A stretch of 53,717 bases of DNA from the NCBI RefSeq assembly GCF_004010195.1, contig NC_057718.1, forward strand, positions 34,253,318 to 34,307,034, written 5' to 3'. The notes below the pieces were generated by a model. The model was not told where the DNA came from. It worked only from the letters and a program-made list of their open reading frames with translations, and ran no database searches. This DNA comes from Chiloscyllium plagiosum (taxonomy: Eukaryota). Position 1 is the first letter of the stretch. Each line of letters starts with the position of its first letter. The translations under genes and the position numbers were made by a program. Below, one piece after another: positions 1-11,779 of this stretch.

Positions 1-382
1 ATAGGAGTTTATAAAATCATGAGGGGCATGGATAGGATAAATAGACAAAGTCTTTTCCTTGGGGTCGGGGAGTCCAGAAGTAAAGGGCATAGGTTTAGGG
101 TGAGAGGGGAAAGATATAAAAGAGACCTAAGTGGCAACTTTTTCACGCAGAAGTGGTACGTGTATGGAATGAGCTGCCAGAGGAAGTGGTGGAGGCTGGT
201 ACAATTGCAACATTTAGGAGGCATTTGGATGGGCATATGAATAGGAAGGGTTTGGAGGGATATGGGCCGGGTGCTGGCAGGTGGGACTAGATTGAGTTGG
301 GATATCTGGTCGGCATGGACGTGTTGGACCGAAGGGTCTGTTTCCATGCTGTACATCTCTATGACTCTATGACTCTATGACT
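1..382 (+). mobile_element. HER1/CR1 LINE 3' fragment
   Basis: ORF2 C-terminal motif (MRGMDRINRQSLF...GHRFRVRGE); 3' UTR ggaccgaagggtctgtttccatgctgta; (CTCTATGA)3 tail at 357-380. Confidence 0.9.
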
Positions 383-669
383 TTCAGGGACAGGCAGAAA
401 GTTGGCATAAGGTATCATAGCAACGCAGAAAGCTAAGCTGGGATTTAATGACCCCATGGGGTTGAGACCACAGATGCAGATGGGGTCAACATGGTCAAAT
501 CTGGTTTGATCAACTAACTAACTGGTCAATGTGGCAGTGGTAACATGTCCAATGCCTACAACCCAACCCAGGTGCAATATGACTATCAGCTGGGGAAGTG
601 TCAGATGGCCTGCCGTGGTCATTCCAATTCCCTTCCCCACCTTATCCTCTTCAGACTTCCTTACTTATT

Positions 670-1135
670 TATCTGTGTTCATTTATGGCATGTTGACATC
701 GCTGGCTGACCATTATTTGTTCCCCATCCCTAGTTGTCCTTGAGAAGGTGGTGGTGAGCTGCTTTCTTGAACAGCTACAGTCCACCTGCTGTGGGTTGAC
801 CCACAATGCCATTATGAAGGGAATTTCAGGATTTTTACCCAGACATAATGAAGGAACGGCGATAAATTTCCAAGTCAGGGTGGTGAGTGGCATGGTCAGG
901 GTGGTATTTCCCCATATCTGTTGCCCTTGTTTTTCTCCATGCAAGTGGTTGTGGGTTTGAAAGGTGCTGTCCGAGAATCTTTGGTGAATCTCTGCATTGC
1001 ATCTTGTAGATAGTACACACTGCCTTGACAATTCCAGCATCACTGGACTCTGCCAGCTGATCCTTGCAACACCCCAGACCAATGTTAAGACCAGGCTCCA
1101 TTGGCATCTCAGCTTCATCTCCTACCCATCGTGAT
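670..1135 (-). mobile_element. Old CR1/L2-group LINE 3' fragment (family ending ...FKKAAHHHLL...)
   Basis: Plus-strand ccatccctagttgtccttgagaaggtggtggtgagctgctttcttgaac is the reverse of this LINE C-terminus and 3' UTR; related sequence recurs at about 14400. Confidence 0.7.
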
Positions 1136-1154
1136 GCTGCATGAACAAATGTGC

Positions 1155-1330
1155 AATATGGCTGATCCTTAATTGCTCTGAGAAATGGCCTAGCAGGACA
1201 CTTACTTATATAAAAATCACTGCAATGGACAGTAGTGGTCCAAGAAGGTGGCACACACAACCTTCTCCAAAGCAATTAAGGATGGGCAATAAATGTTGGT
1301 CTTGGTCGTGATGTTCGCATATTGTAAGTG
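1155..1330 (+). mobile_element. 3' part of a tRNA-derived SINE sharing its tail with the preceding LINE family
   Basis: aaatggcctagcagg...ccttctccaaagcaattaaggatgggcaataaatg; same tail as 670-790 in the opposite orientation. Confidence 0.6.
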
Positions 1331-2184
1331 CATAATTATTTCAAAAAGCCAGAAGTTGAAAATACTTCCTCTTGATCTTTCAGCAAAAAATGATAAGGTG
1401 CAGACTGATCAGTTCATCCAATGAATCAATTCACATTTGCTGTCTCCTCTGCACAAGTGACGCACTTCTGTGCCAGTCCAAACATTTTTGTTTTGTCATA
1501 AACTTCTAATCTGAGTTAGTGGCTTTAGAAATGAGTCATATTTCTTGGTTCTCAAAGGGACTTCATTACCCACTGGTGAAAAATGACAGTATTGAACATC
1601 GATCAGGACAGCTGAAAGTGACGTTCCAGTAGACTTCCACATGAATATTGTTAAGTTCTTAAACGGGAGATAAAAAGATGGATAAATGGGTACTAATTTC
1701 TTGAATTGTTTTAGGGGAAAATCTGTGTCATTATCTCTAATTCCAGTGGAAGGAATTAATTTGAATGTGGCACTGACTGAATTCATGGTCAACTCACTTT
1801 TGTTTTGACTCCTGTTCTCATTTTCATCCCTTGACTGAATTGAAAATGAATTATTTGATACTATACTGAGTCAAAGAGATTTTAAAAAGCCACAAACATA
1901 ATTCTCTGTTACTAACATCCTCCCCTTCCCTATCCCTCCAACCTCCACCTGTCTGTTTAGTTACGTTATCCCAGTGCCAATAAGCTTACAGTTGTTCTTG
2001 GTATCTTTGGGTCAGTGAGCAGAAAAATCAACCAGTGTTCCTAGTTCTGATTTCCTATCCATGTGCTTTTGAAAGTATACACTATCCTCATATTTCACAA
2101 TATTTCCAAATTTTGTTTCATCAGCGAAATTTGAAACTGTGCACCAAGTTCATGAATATGTATCTGAAGAAGCAAAGGTCCTTA

Positions 2185-2353
2185 CAGCAACACCAGGGGA
2201 CCTCCATTGTAAATCTCCAGCCAATCTAAGAAATAACTACTCACGATTACTCCCTGTCCCATGTCAGTCAAAAAATTGTCACTGTATCTTTAATTCCATG
2301 TCCTTTTATTTGTTCACAGGTCTGTTGTGTGACACTTTATCAAATATCTTTTG
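2185..2353 (-). mobile_element. Old CR1/L2 RT fragment, left part of an element split by HER1
   Basis: tgtgacactttatcaaatatcttttg resembles the reverse of the RT DF.KAFDKV region; apparently continues at about 6781. Confidence 0.55.
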
Positions 2354-2617
2354 GAGTCGGGAGTCGGGCCTCCATTTTGCCAGAGCGGTGAGGAGAGAAG
2401 GAGGAGTGAAGCAAGGGCTGCCGGGAAGGTAAGGGCTTCATTTATATTTGGGCATGGCTAAACCCGAGATACTACATGTGTAGTATCTCCTTCCCGCCTC
2501 CCCCCTCCCCCCCTCCTCTAACCGGAAGAAAAAGACCCTGTAAGGTAAGGCTTTTATTTCTTATTTATTTTTTTCATTTATTTAAGTGCATTGTTTTAGT
2601 TCGTTCCTAAGCTTACA

Positions 2618-3565
2618 ATGGCAGGGGACCTCAGGCCCATGGCATGTGACTTTTGCTTGATGTGGGAGCTTAGGAACGTGGCTGACGTCCCTGATTCTTA
2701 CACTTGCAAGAAGTGTGTCCAGCTGCAGCTGTTGTTTGACCGCATGATGGCTCTGGAGCTGCGGATGGACTCACTGTGGAGCATCCGTGATGCTGAGGAG
2801 GTCATGGATAGCACGTTTAGTGAACTGGTCAAACCACAGGTTAGGATTGCTGAGGGAGACAGTGAATGTGTGACCAAAAGGCAGAAAAAGAGTAGGAAGG
2901 CAGTGCAAGTGTCCCCTGCGGTCATCTCCCTCCAAAACAGGTATACTGTTTTGGATACTGTTGGGGGAGCTGGCTCACGAGGGGAGGGCAGCAGTTGTCA
3001 AGATCATGGCACTGTGGTGGGCACTGCTGTTCAGAAGGGCGGGAAAAAGACTCATAGGGCCATAGTCATAGGGGATTCTATTGTGAGGGGAGTAGATAGG
3101 CAGTTCTGTGGCTGAACATGGGACTCCCGGATGGTATGTTGCCTCCGAGGTGCTGGGATCAAGGATGTCACCGACTGGTTGCAGAGCATTCTAAAAGGGG
3201 AGGGAGAACAGCCAGTTGTCTTGGTGCATATAGGCACCAACGATATAAGTAGGAAGCGAGATGAGGTCCTGAAAGAAGAATTCAGGGAGCTAGGAGAGAA
3301 GTTAAAGGGGCAGACCTCAAAGGTAGTGATCCTGGGATTACTACCAGTGCTACGTGCTAGCCAATGTAGAAATGAAAAAATAGGCAGGATGAACACGTGG
3401 CTTGAGAGATGGTGTAGAAGGGAGGGGTTCAGATTTGTTGGACATTGGGACCGGTTCTGAGGAAGATGGGACTATTACAAAAGGGATGGTCTACATCTGA
3501 ACCAGACCGGAACCAATGTCCTTGGGGGAGTTTTTGCTACTGCTGTTGGGGAGGTTTTAAACTAA
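2618..3565 (+). pseudogene. LINE ORF1: Cys-rich finger/zipper plus SGNH-esterase domain
   Basis: CDFC...CKKC, then VIGDSIVRG, VHIGTNDI and DGLHLN esterase blocks; in-frame stops at 3113-3115 and 3458-3460. Confidence 0.88.
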
Positions 3566-3679
3566 TGTGGCGGGGGCTGGGAACCAGAAGAGAAAACAAG
3601 TAGGCGCGAGGTGGAGACTGGAGACTGCAAGAATTATGAAGATAACATTAATAGGCAGAGGGCAAGTGAGCGCAAAAGT

Positions 3680-6339
3680 ACTGGTGGCCTGAAATGCGTC
3701 TACTTTAATGCAAGGAGTATAGTGTGTAAGGCAGATGAACTTGGGGCTTGGATTGGTGCCTGGGAGTATGACATTATTGCCATCACAGAGACTTGGTTGA
3801 AGGAAGGGCATGATGATTGGATATAGACGCTTCAGACAGGACAGGGAGGGAAGTAAAAGAGGGGGTGGAGTTGCATTGCTGGTCAGGGACGATATCATGG
3901 CTGTGCTAAAGGAGGACACTATGGCGGTCTTGGGTAATGAGGCATTATGGGTGGGGCTGAGAAATAAGAATGGTGCAGTTACATTGTTGGGGCGGCATTA
4001 CAGACCTCCCAACAGTAAGCGTGAGGTAAAAGAACAAATAGATAAACAGATTATGAATAGATGTAGAGGCAATAGGGGAGTGGTGATGAGAGATTTTAAT
4101 TTTCCCAACATTGACTGGGATACACTTAGCGTCAGAGGTCTGGATGGAGTAGAATTTGTACGAAGCATCCAGGAGAGTTTTCTAGAGCAGTATGTCAATA
4201 GTCCGACGAGGGAAGGTACCATATTGGACCTGGTACTGGGGAACGAGCCAGGACAGGTGGTAAAAGTTGCGGTGGGGGATTTCTTTGGCAATTTTGTAAG
4301 TTTTAGAATACTCATAGATAAAGAAGAGAGTGGTCCTAAGGGAAGAGTACTAAACTAGGCCAAGGCCAAATATATCAAAATTAGGCAGGAGCTGGGAAAT
4401 GTGGATTGAACACAGCTATTTGAAGGGAAGTCCACATTTAAGATCTGGGAGGCTTTCAAAGATAGGTTACAAATAGTGCAGGATAGGCATTGAAGGCAAA
4501 GGATAGGAAGGGCAAGATGCGTGAACTGTGGATGACAGGAGAAATTGTACGACTAGCCAAGAGGAAAAGGGAAGAGTCCACATTTGAGATTTGGGAGGCT
4601 TTCAAAGATAGGTTACAAATGGTGCAGGATAGGCATGTCCCGTTGAAGGCAAAGGATAGGAAGGGCAAGATCCGTGAACCGTGGATGACAGGAGAAATTG
4701 TACGACTAGCCAAGAGGAAAAGGGAAGTGTACATAAGGTCTAGGCAGCTAAGAACAGAACGGGCCTTGGAAGAATATTGGAAGAGTCGGACAAGTCTTAA
4801 ACAAAGCATCAAGCGGGCTAAAAGGTGTCAGAAAATAGCTTTAGCAAGCAGAATTAAGGAAAATCCCAAAGCATTTTATTCTTATATAAGAAGCAAGTGG
4901 GTAACTAGAGAAAGGATTGGTCCACTAAAAGATAATGAAGGAAGGCTGTGTGCCGAACCTGAGAGAATGGGTGAGATTCTGAATGATTACTTTGCATCAG
5001 TGTTCACTGNNNNNNNNNNNNNNNNNNNNNNNNNNNNNNNNNNNNNNNNNNNNNNNNNNNNNNNNNNNNNNNNNNNNNNNNNNNNNNNNNNNNNNNNNNN
5101 NNNNNNNNNNNNNNNNNNNNNNNNNNNNNNNNNNNNNNNNNNNNNNNNNNNNNNNNNNNNNNNNNNNNNNNNNNNNNNNNNNNNNNNNNNNNNNNNNNNN
5201 NNNNNNNNNNNNNNNNNNNNNNNNNNNNNNNNNNNNNNNNNNNNNNNNNNNNNNNNNNNNNNNNNNNNNNNNNNNNNNNNNNNNNNNNNNNNNNNNNNNN
5301 NNNNNNNNNNNNNNNNNNNNNNNNNNNNNNNNNNNNNNNNNNNNNNNNNNNNNNNNNNNNNNNNNNNNNNNNNNNNNNNNNNNNNNNNNNNNNNNNNNNN
5401 NNNNNNNNNNNNNNNNNNNNNNNNNNNNNNNNNNNNNNNNNNNNNNNNNNNNNNNNNNNNNNNNNTGACCAGTGGTGTTCCACACGGGTCAGTGTTGTGG
5501 CCACTGTTGTTTGTAATATACATAAATGATCTAGAAGAGGGCACTGTTGGTATGATCAGCAAGTTTGCAGATGACACAAAGATTGGTGGAGTAGCAGAAA
5601 GCATAAGGGACTGTTAGAGAATACAGGAGGATATAGGTAGACTGGAGAGTTGGGCGAAAAAATGGCAGATGGCTTTCAATCCAGACAAATGTGAGGTGAT
5701 GCATTTAGGCAAGTCTAGTTCTAGAGTGAATTATACAATGAATGGAAGAGCCTTGGGAAACATTGGTGGGCAGAGAGGTCTGGGAGTGCAGGTCCATTGT
5801 ACCCTGAAGGTTGCTGCACAGGTGGATAGAGTGGTCAAGAAGGCATATAGTATGCTTGCCTTCATTGGATGGGGTATAAGAGCTGGCAAGTTATGTTAAA
5901 ATTGTACAAGACATTGGTTCGGCCACACTTAGAATGCTGCTTACAGTTCTGTTGCCACATTACCAAAAGGATGTGGATGCAGAGAAGGTTTACGAGGATG
6001 TTGCCTGGTATGGAAGGTGCTAGTTATGAAGAGAGGTTGAGTAGGTTAGGTTCATTTTCACTAGAAAAAAGGAGATTGAGGGGGGACCTGATTGTGGTTT
6101 ACAAAATCATGAAGGGTATAGACAGGGTGAATAGAAATAAGCTTTTTCCCAGGGTGAAGGATTCAACAACGAGAGGTCATGCTTTCAAGGTGAGAGGTGG
6201 AAATGTTAAGGGGAATACACGCGGCAAGTACTTCACACAGAGAGTGGTGGGCGTTTGGAACGTGTTGCCAGCAGAGGTGGTAGAGGCAGGCATGGTAGAT
6301 TCATTTAAGATGCGTCTGGACAGATGCATGAGCAGGTGA
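3680..6339 (+). pseudogene. LINE ORF2: AP endonuclease plus reverse transcriptase, frameshifted
   Basis: YFNARSI, IAITETWL, YRPPN, DFNFP, ILDLVL; RT motifs SGVPHGSVL and FADDTK; C-terminal GHAFKV...FTQRVV..WN.LP. Confidence 0.92.
5010..5465. other. Assembly gap (456 N)
   Basis: Run of N. Confidence 1.
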
Positions 6340-6467
6340 GGAGCAGAGGGATACAAATGCTTAGGAATTGACCAACAGGTTTAGACAGTAGATTTGGATC
6401 GGCTCAGGCTTAGAGGACTGAAGGGCCTGATCCTGGGCTGTAAATTTTCTTTGTTCTTTGTTCATAC

Positions 6468-6779
6468 ATTAGATTCCCTACAGTGTGGAAACAGGCCCTT
6501 TGGCCCAACCATTCCACACCGACCCTTTGCAGAGTAACCCACCCAAACCCCTTTTCCTCTGTCTAATGCACCTAACACTATGGGCAATTTAGCATGGCCA
6601 ACTCACCTGACCTGCACATCTTTGGACCGAGGGAGGAAACCGGAACACCCGGAGGAAACCCACACAGACACGGGGAGAATGTGCAAATTCCACACAAACA
6701 GTCACCCAAGGCTGGAATCGAACCTGGGACCCTGGTGCTGTGAGGCAGCAGTGCTAACCACTGAGCTACCGTGCCACCC
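6468..6779 (-). mobile_element. HE1-type tRNA-derived SINE
   Basis: Minus strand has a tRNA-like head (ggtagctcagtggttagcactgctgcctcacag...gttcgattcc) and a HER1-like tail ending aatctaat. Confidence 0.92.
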
Positions 6780-6780
6780 C

Positions 6781-7070
6781 TTCCATGGGCACTATATCAA
6801 TACCATTATCCTCATCAAAAAATCTATCAAACTCGTCAAACATAATTTGCCCTCAAGAAATCCATGCCAGCTCTCCTTAATTCACCCAGTATTACCTAAG
6901 TGAAGAATAATTTTTATCTGTTATCTCTCCCCACAATTGATGTTAAACTGACCTGCAGTTACTCAGCTATCTTTACAGACCTTTTTGATCAAGGCTGTAA
7001 CTTTGCATTCCAACCGTCATTTGACACCATTCCTGATGCTCAGGAGGACTAGAGAATTATGGCCAGTCCG
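6781..7070 (-). mobile_element. Old CR1/L2 RT fragment, right part
   Basis: tcaaaaaatctatcaaactcgtcaaacataatttgccctcaagaaatccatgccagct is the reverse of a HGF..G.LCLT.L..FF-type RT motif. Confidence 0.6.
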
Positions 7071-7639
7071 CCACAATATCCAAAGTCACAATGGGAGCAA
7101 CGTGAGCCTGTATGGCAACAAACTGAGATTTCATGACCTCTGCCTGAGCTGATATTGAACGGCTGCTGCTTGTGCTGCAATGAAAACTGAGATATTAGCC
7201 ATCAAACCCTACATCACATTTGGTTCTGTAAATTCCATCACTTTCATGCTGAACAGGAAGAACATCAAGAACTGTTAATACCTTCTGCCAAATCATGCAA
7301 TCCCACTTAATGTCGCCCTCCAATAGTTGCACAGTGTCAGGATCTGAGATACGTGCTGCATCTGTGAAAATCAAGCCATGTCTTTATCATTGGTGCATTG
7401 TACCTCTTGGACTTCATGTTACCACACCAGCGAAAGGGAGTTCTAGAGTATCGGAAAAGAGATTAAATGAAGGTACAGTAGGAATGTGAGACAATGGATC
7501 AGCTAGGAATATATTGTTATCCTCTATGTTTCAGCTCCACTGCTGGCCATAGGTTCGGTTGTGACTGTATTAATAATTATCCCCACTGTCTACTTTGTGG
7601 GTGACCCTTCCCCGCCAGGTGCTGCCACCTGTAGCATTA

Positions 7640-7972
7640 TTTATTCATTCACAAGATGTGGGCATCACTGGTCAGCATTTATTGCCAGTCCCAAATTGCC
7701 CAGAGGATGGTATTACTATGGGTCTGGAGACCAGGTAAGGATGGCAGTTTCTTTCCCAAAAAGACACCAGGGAACCAGATGGGTTTTTTTCTGACAATTG
7801 GCAATGGGTTCATGATCACCGATATACTCTTATATCTGGAGTATACAATATACTCCAGATATTTTATTGAATTAAAATTCCACCATCTACCATGGCAGGG
7901 TTCGAACCCAGGTCCATTACCTGGATCTCTGAATTAATCATCCAATAATAATACACTCAGTTATCACCTCCC
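7640..7972 (-). mobile_element. Older tRNA-derived SINE with conserved central domain (MetaSINE-like, tentative)
   Basis: Minus strand has B-box gggttcgaaccc, central aaaacccatctggttccctggtgtc...ctgccatccttacctggtct, and a LINE-like tail; related copy at 51405-51665. Confidence 0.65.
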
Positions 7973-7987
7973 CTAATGTGTCACCAT

Positions 7988-8726
7988 TGTTATGGACCAG
8001 ACCAGAACCCCCCAAAACATAGTAAGGAGATAGCCTAGACATTAACTTCCATTTTTTATTTAAAGGCAAGTATAAAGCACTGTTCCACATGTAATTTGAT
8101 TGGTCCACAACTAGGCTTTAAGCAAAACACACTTTATTTTTAGAACACAGTTAAAATACAAACGAAAAGAAGAACTGGGGTAATTTTAACTCTATTGAAA
8201 TACTTAACAAGATCATGTTTTATTTAACCACTGGTCATCAACTGTTCCAATATAGGCAGCACCCCACAAACACACCCTTTGGCAAAATGCAATTCAGCAA
8301 AGCAGTTTTGGTTCTTACTTGCTGTCTCCATCCAATCCAGAAAAAGGAAACCATTTGACCCTGTTGTTTTTTTAAGAGGAAGCCTCTAGTCTAAGATGCC
8401 AGCGGGCCTTCAACTAACTGAAAGCAAAACTCAACACCTTCCTGGGTCTGTGTGAGCCCTGACCCTGTCCACTCATGAATCTATAGTATGATTTATAAAC
8501 AAAACATGCAGGGAGAACTCAAAAGCATGTTTGAAGCTGACATTTCCGTACCTTTGTCTTTGGATGCTGTCTGAACTGCTGTGCTTTTCCAGCACCACTC
8601 TAATCTAGAATCTGGTTTCCAGCATCTGCAGTCATTGTTTTTACCTATTCCAGTACCTTTGTGGCAAGCTCCTCCAGTAGGAGAAACAACACAGATTTAA
8701 ATCTCTTCAAGGCACAGTACAGTCAT
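7988..8726. mobile_element. Probable solo LTR
   Basis: Starts TGTTAT and contains a reverse polyA signal (ctttatt); right end and target duplication are unclear. Confidence 0.45.
8558..8647 (+). mobile_element. Short Penelope 3'-terminal insertion
   Basis: gctgtgcttttccagcaccactctaatctag...tttccagcatctgcagtc, flanked by duplicated gtacctttgt (8548-8557, 8653-8662). Confidence 0.8.
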
Positions 8727-8944
8727 ACCTATCCTGCCAACAAGAAGAAAGTGCATCAGTGGGTGTATATTGGCGGCATGCCTGTCATAGTGACATTTGG
8801 GAGATGTGTGTGTGATGATTCCCATATAGTTAGATATGTGAAGGTGAGATGAAGCCATGAGTAATAGGATGATTCCTGCCAGATAATGATAGTATATGGT
8901 TGAAGGGGGCAATGGTAAATGGAGCAGTGTATGAGGTTGGGATT

Positions 8945-9450
8945 CCATAAGACAGCAAGACATAGCAGCAGAAACAGGCCATTCAGCCCACTGAGTCTGC
9001 TCCAGTATTCAATGAGATCATGGCTGATCTAATAATCCTCAACTACACTTTCTTGCCTCTTCCCAATTCGCTTTGATTCCCTCACTGATTAAAAATATGC
9101 CTATCTCAGCCTTGAATATATTTCCTATCCCAGCCTCAACAGCCCTCTGGGGCAAACAGCTCCATAGATTAACAACCCTCTAAGAAAATAAGTTCTTCCT
9201 CAGCTCTGTTTTAAATGAGCGACCCCTTATTCTGAGATTATGCCCTCTGGCCTAGACTCTCCAATAAGGCAAGAGAAATTATCTTCATCAACCCTGTCAA
9301 ATTCGCTAAGAATTTTGATGGTTCAAAAAGGTTACTTTTCTCATTCTTCTGTGATTGCAATGATTGCAAACCCAATGAGTGCAGACCCAATCTCCCCAAC
9401 CCCATTCTCTCCAATCCTGAACCAGTTTAGTGAATCTTCTTCAGACTGCC
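8945..9450 (-). mobile_element. CR1-group LINE 3' fragment
   Basis: caggccattcagcccactgagtctgctcc...tctgagattatgccctctggcctagactc, reverse of a SRARGHNLRI C-terminus. Confidence 0.8.
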
Positions 9451-9737
9451 TAGCTCATGCCGAAGGATATGGCCTTCCAAGATACCTTCACTGACCTTGA
9501 CACTTAAGTGAAGCTATTGAACTTCTTGCAACATTGCATCAAACTCACCAGATCTGGACTGCTGCTACTGGCAGTGATGGCTATTGGCTCTGACTGCCTT
9601 CCCAGTGTTTGTCTGAAGCTCCTCCAGGCCCCCTGTGGGGACAGAATATTTCTCCTCCCATCCATCTTGAGAACCTTGGAGCATGTTCTCTCTCTTGTTG
9701 CACCATATTCACTTTTCTTGCGGTCAAGATTTCTAGT

Positions 9738-10085
9738 ATCTGACAGGGTTAATGATGTTTCCCCTCAAGCAGGAGTCTAGGGCCAGAGGGCATAGTCTCA
9801 GAATAAAGCGGCACCAATTTAAGACCGAGATGAGGAGGAATTTCATCTTTCAGAGATCTGTGAATCTTTGGATTTCATTATTACAGAGAGCCATGGGGGC
9901 AGAGTCCTTGTGTACTTTTAGGGCTGAGAAAGATAAATTCTAAATCAGCAGAGAAATCAACGGTTATGCGGAGAGCGGGAAAATGGGTGTGAGTAAGGTT
10001 GGATCCGTCATGATCCTTTTAAGTGGTAGGGCAGAATTAAGGGGCCAAATGGCCTACTCTTATTCCTAATTCTTTTGGTGTTATT
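9738..10085 (+). mobile_element. CR1-group LINE 3' fragment (same family as 8945-9450)
   Basis: ORF 9752-9943 MFPLKQESRARGHSLRIK...RRNF.FQR.VNLW.SL. Confidence 0.85.
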
Positions 10086-11779
10086 GTCTGACGCTTCAGT
10101 CAGAATGCACATCCTCTTTAAAAAATGTAGGCTAAGTTGAAGTGGTGCATGCCTCACATGAACCTGTGCCCCTGCTGAGGAATGCAACCACTCAATAACA
10201 CATTTAGGTCTGCCTTGTGTGCTACTATCATTTAAATTAGCAATTGTAACACAAAGTTTGCAACACAATGAATGGGCGCATGTTATTGAGCGGTGATCCT
10301 AGCACGTCTTATCCAACCATGCCCCCATTGAGTTCACATTGTGTTAAGTGTTCACAGCCTCAATTGTTATAATAGATAACCCCAAAAAGCGCACTTTACA
10401 TTCTGCAGCTCAATAAATGACAACAGAAACCACACTTTATCGTTCAATATTCCATCTTGCTTTACATTCTGAGTTATATGGCTTAGGACAGTCCCACTCC
10501 TTTCTTGTCTTAACCAGTAAAAGGGCAAAATGTGACACTGGAGAAATGAAACATTCTCTTTTTTTTCTATTTTATTCTGATCGTGAGAATCTTTTGCTTG
10601 TGCACAAGATTACTTAAGGGACTGTTACACAGACTTGCATGTCAGCATACCCACAGACCTAACCTCAAAACTGTCTGCAGTTAATAACGGTTTCTAAGCT
10701 ACACATGCCTGCCTTCCATATGTTTCACAATCCCACGTTTGGAAGCCAAACACTGACATTCCCTGGACCTGCGGCAGGACAGTAGATCTATTTTGGTTTC
10801 TTACTCAGATGATTTGTCAAACATAAAACGTTTCAGCTTTCTTAACCACAATTTCCTGGATGAGGTGTAACGGTTATTACAGATTCATGAAGGAAACCGT
10901 TGCGACTTAAAAAGGGAGGAATTTATATAAAACTTGAACTGACTGCAACAAAATACAATAACATATCAAATATATCGTAAGATATAGTGTAACATATTGT
11001 AAGGTTTGTTATAATATGCATAGTATGGTACATGTTAAAATAAATAGCAGTTGTGCAAAAACACAGGAGATTACTGTTTTGTATAAAGTATTACGCATTG
11101 AAATTTAAAGGGATGAAAAAGTTGTGCCTTTGTACAAATACTCTGAACTTTCTGGATAAAATGAGGTAAAACACTTGGAAAATTTACTTGCTCCATGGGT
11201 GATCGCTCTTGGCATGCTTGGCAGAGTGAGGGTCCATTCTGAATAAGCACGGTGTGGCTGAGCACTGTTGGATGTCACTCCAGCTGCATTACTAGGCAGC
11301 AATCTAATTTATTAAGAGCAGAAAAGTGTGCAGGCTTCCAACTTGCTGCCTACTGATATCATGCAATTGCATGATTTCCTTTTAAAACTGGACATTCCTT
11401 CCATTTGCTCCAACCTTTGCCTGGACCCCTGGCATCACTACCCTCATACTTTATGTCACTGGTCTTTGACCTCTCTCTTTCATCACTGGGAAAGTGCATT
11501 GGGATGCATTAAATTTTCAAAGGCTCTGAGGCAGATTTAAGATTGGATAGTGGGTGGACAGGCTGGAGGATGAGATTGTGGTGTGGGGATGAAGGGCAAG
11601 GGAAAGTAAATTCTGGCCAAAAGGAATTCAGGTGTTTGTGCCCCAAGCATATTTTCAAAGTTAGCAAATTAAGCCCAATATCTGATGTACATAACGGATC
11701 TCATATTATTTTACTTGCATTGCAATGTGTATATATACTGTACTGCATACAATTTAAAGTAGGTAACAATCTAGAATAT

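Larger units (their letters stand above)
2354..6463 (+). mobile_element. Near-full-length HER1/CR1-clade LINE, disrupted
   Basis: 5' UTR, ORF1, ORF2 (endonuclease plus RT) and 3' UTR with (TTTGTTC)n tail; several stops and frameshifts; N gap inside ORF2. Confidence 0.95.

Noticed and set aside
4983..5617. Long ORFs crossing 5010-5465
   Set aside because: Artefacts of translating the N gap.
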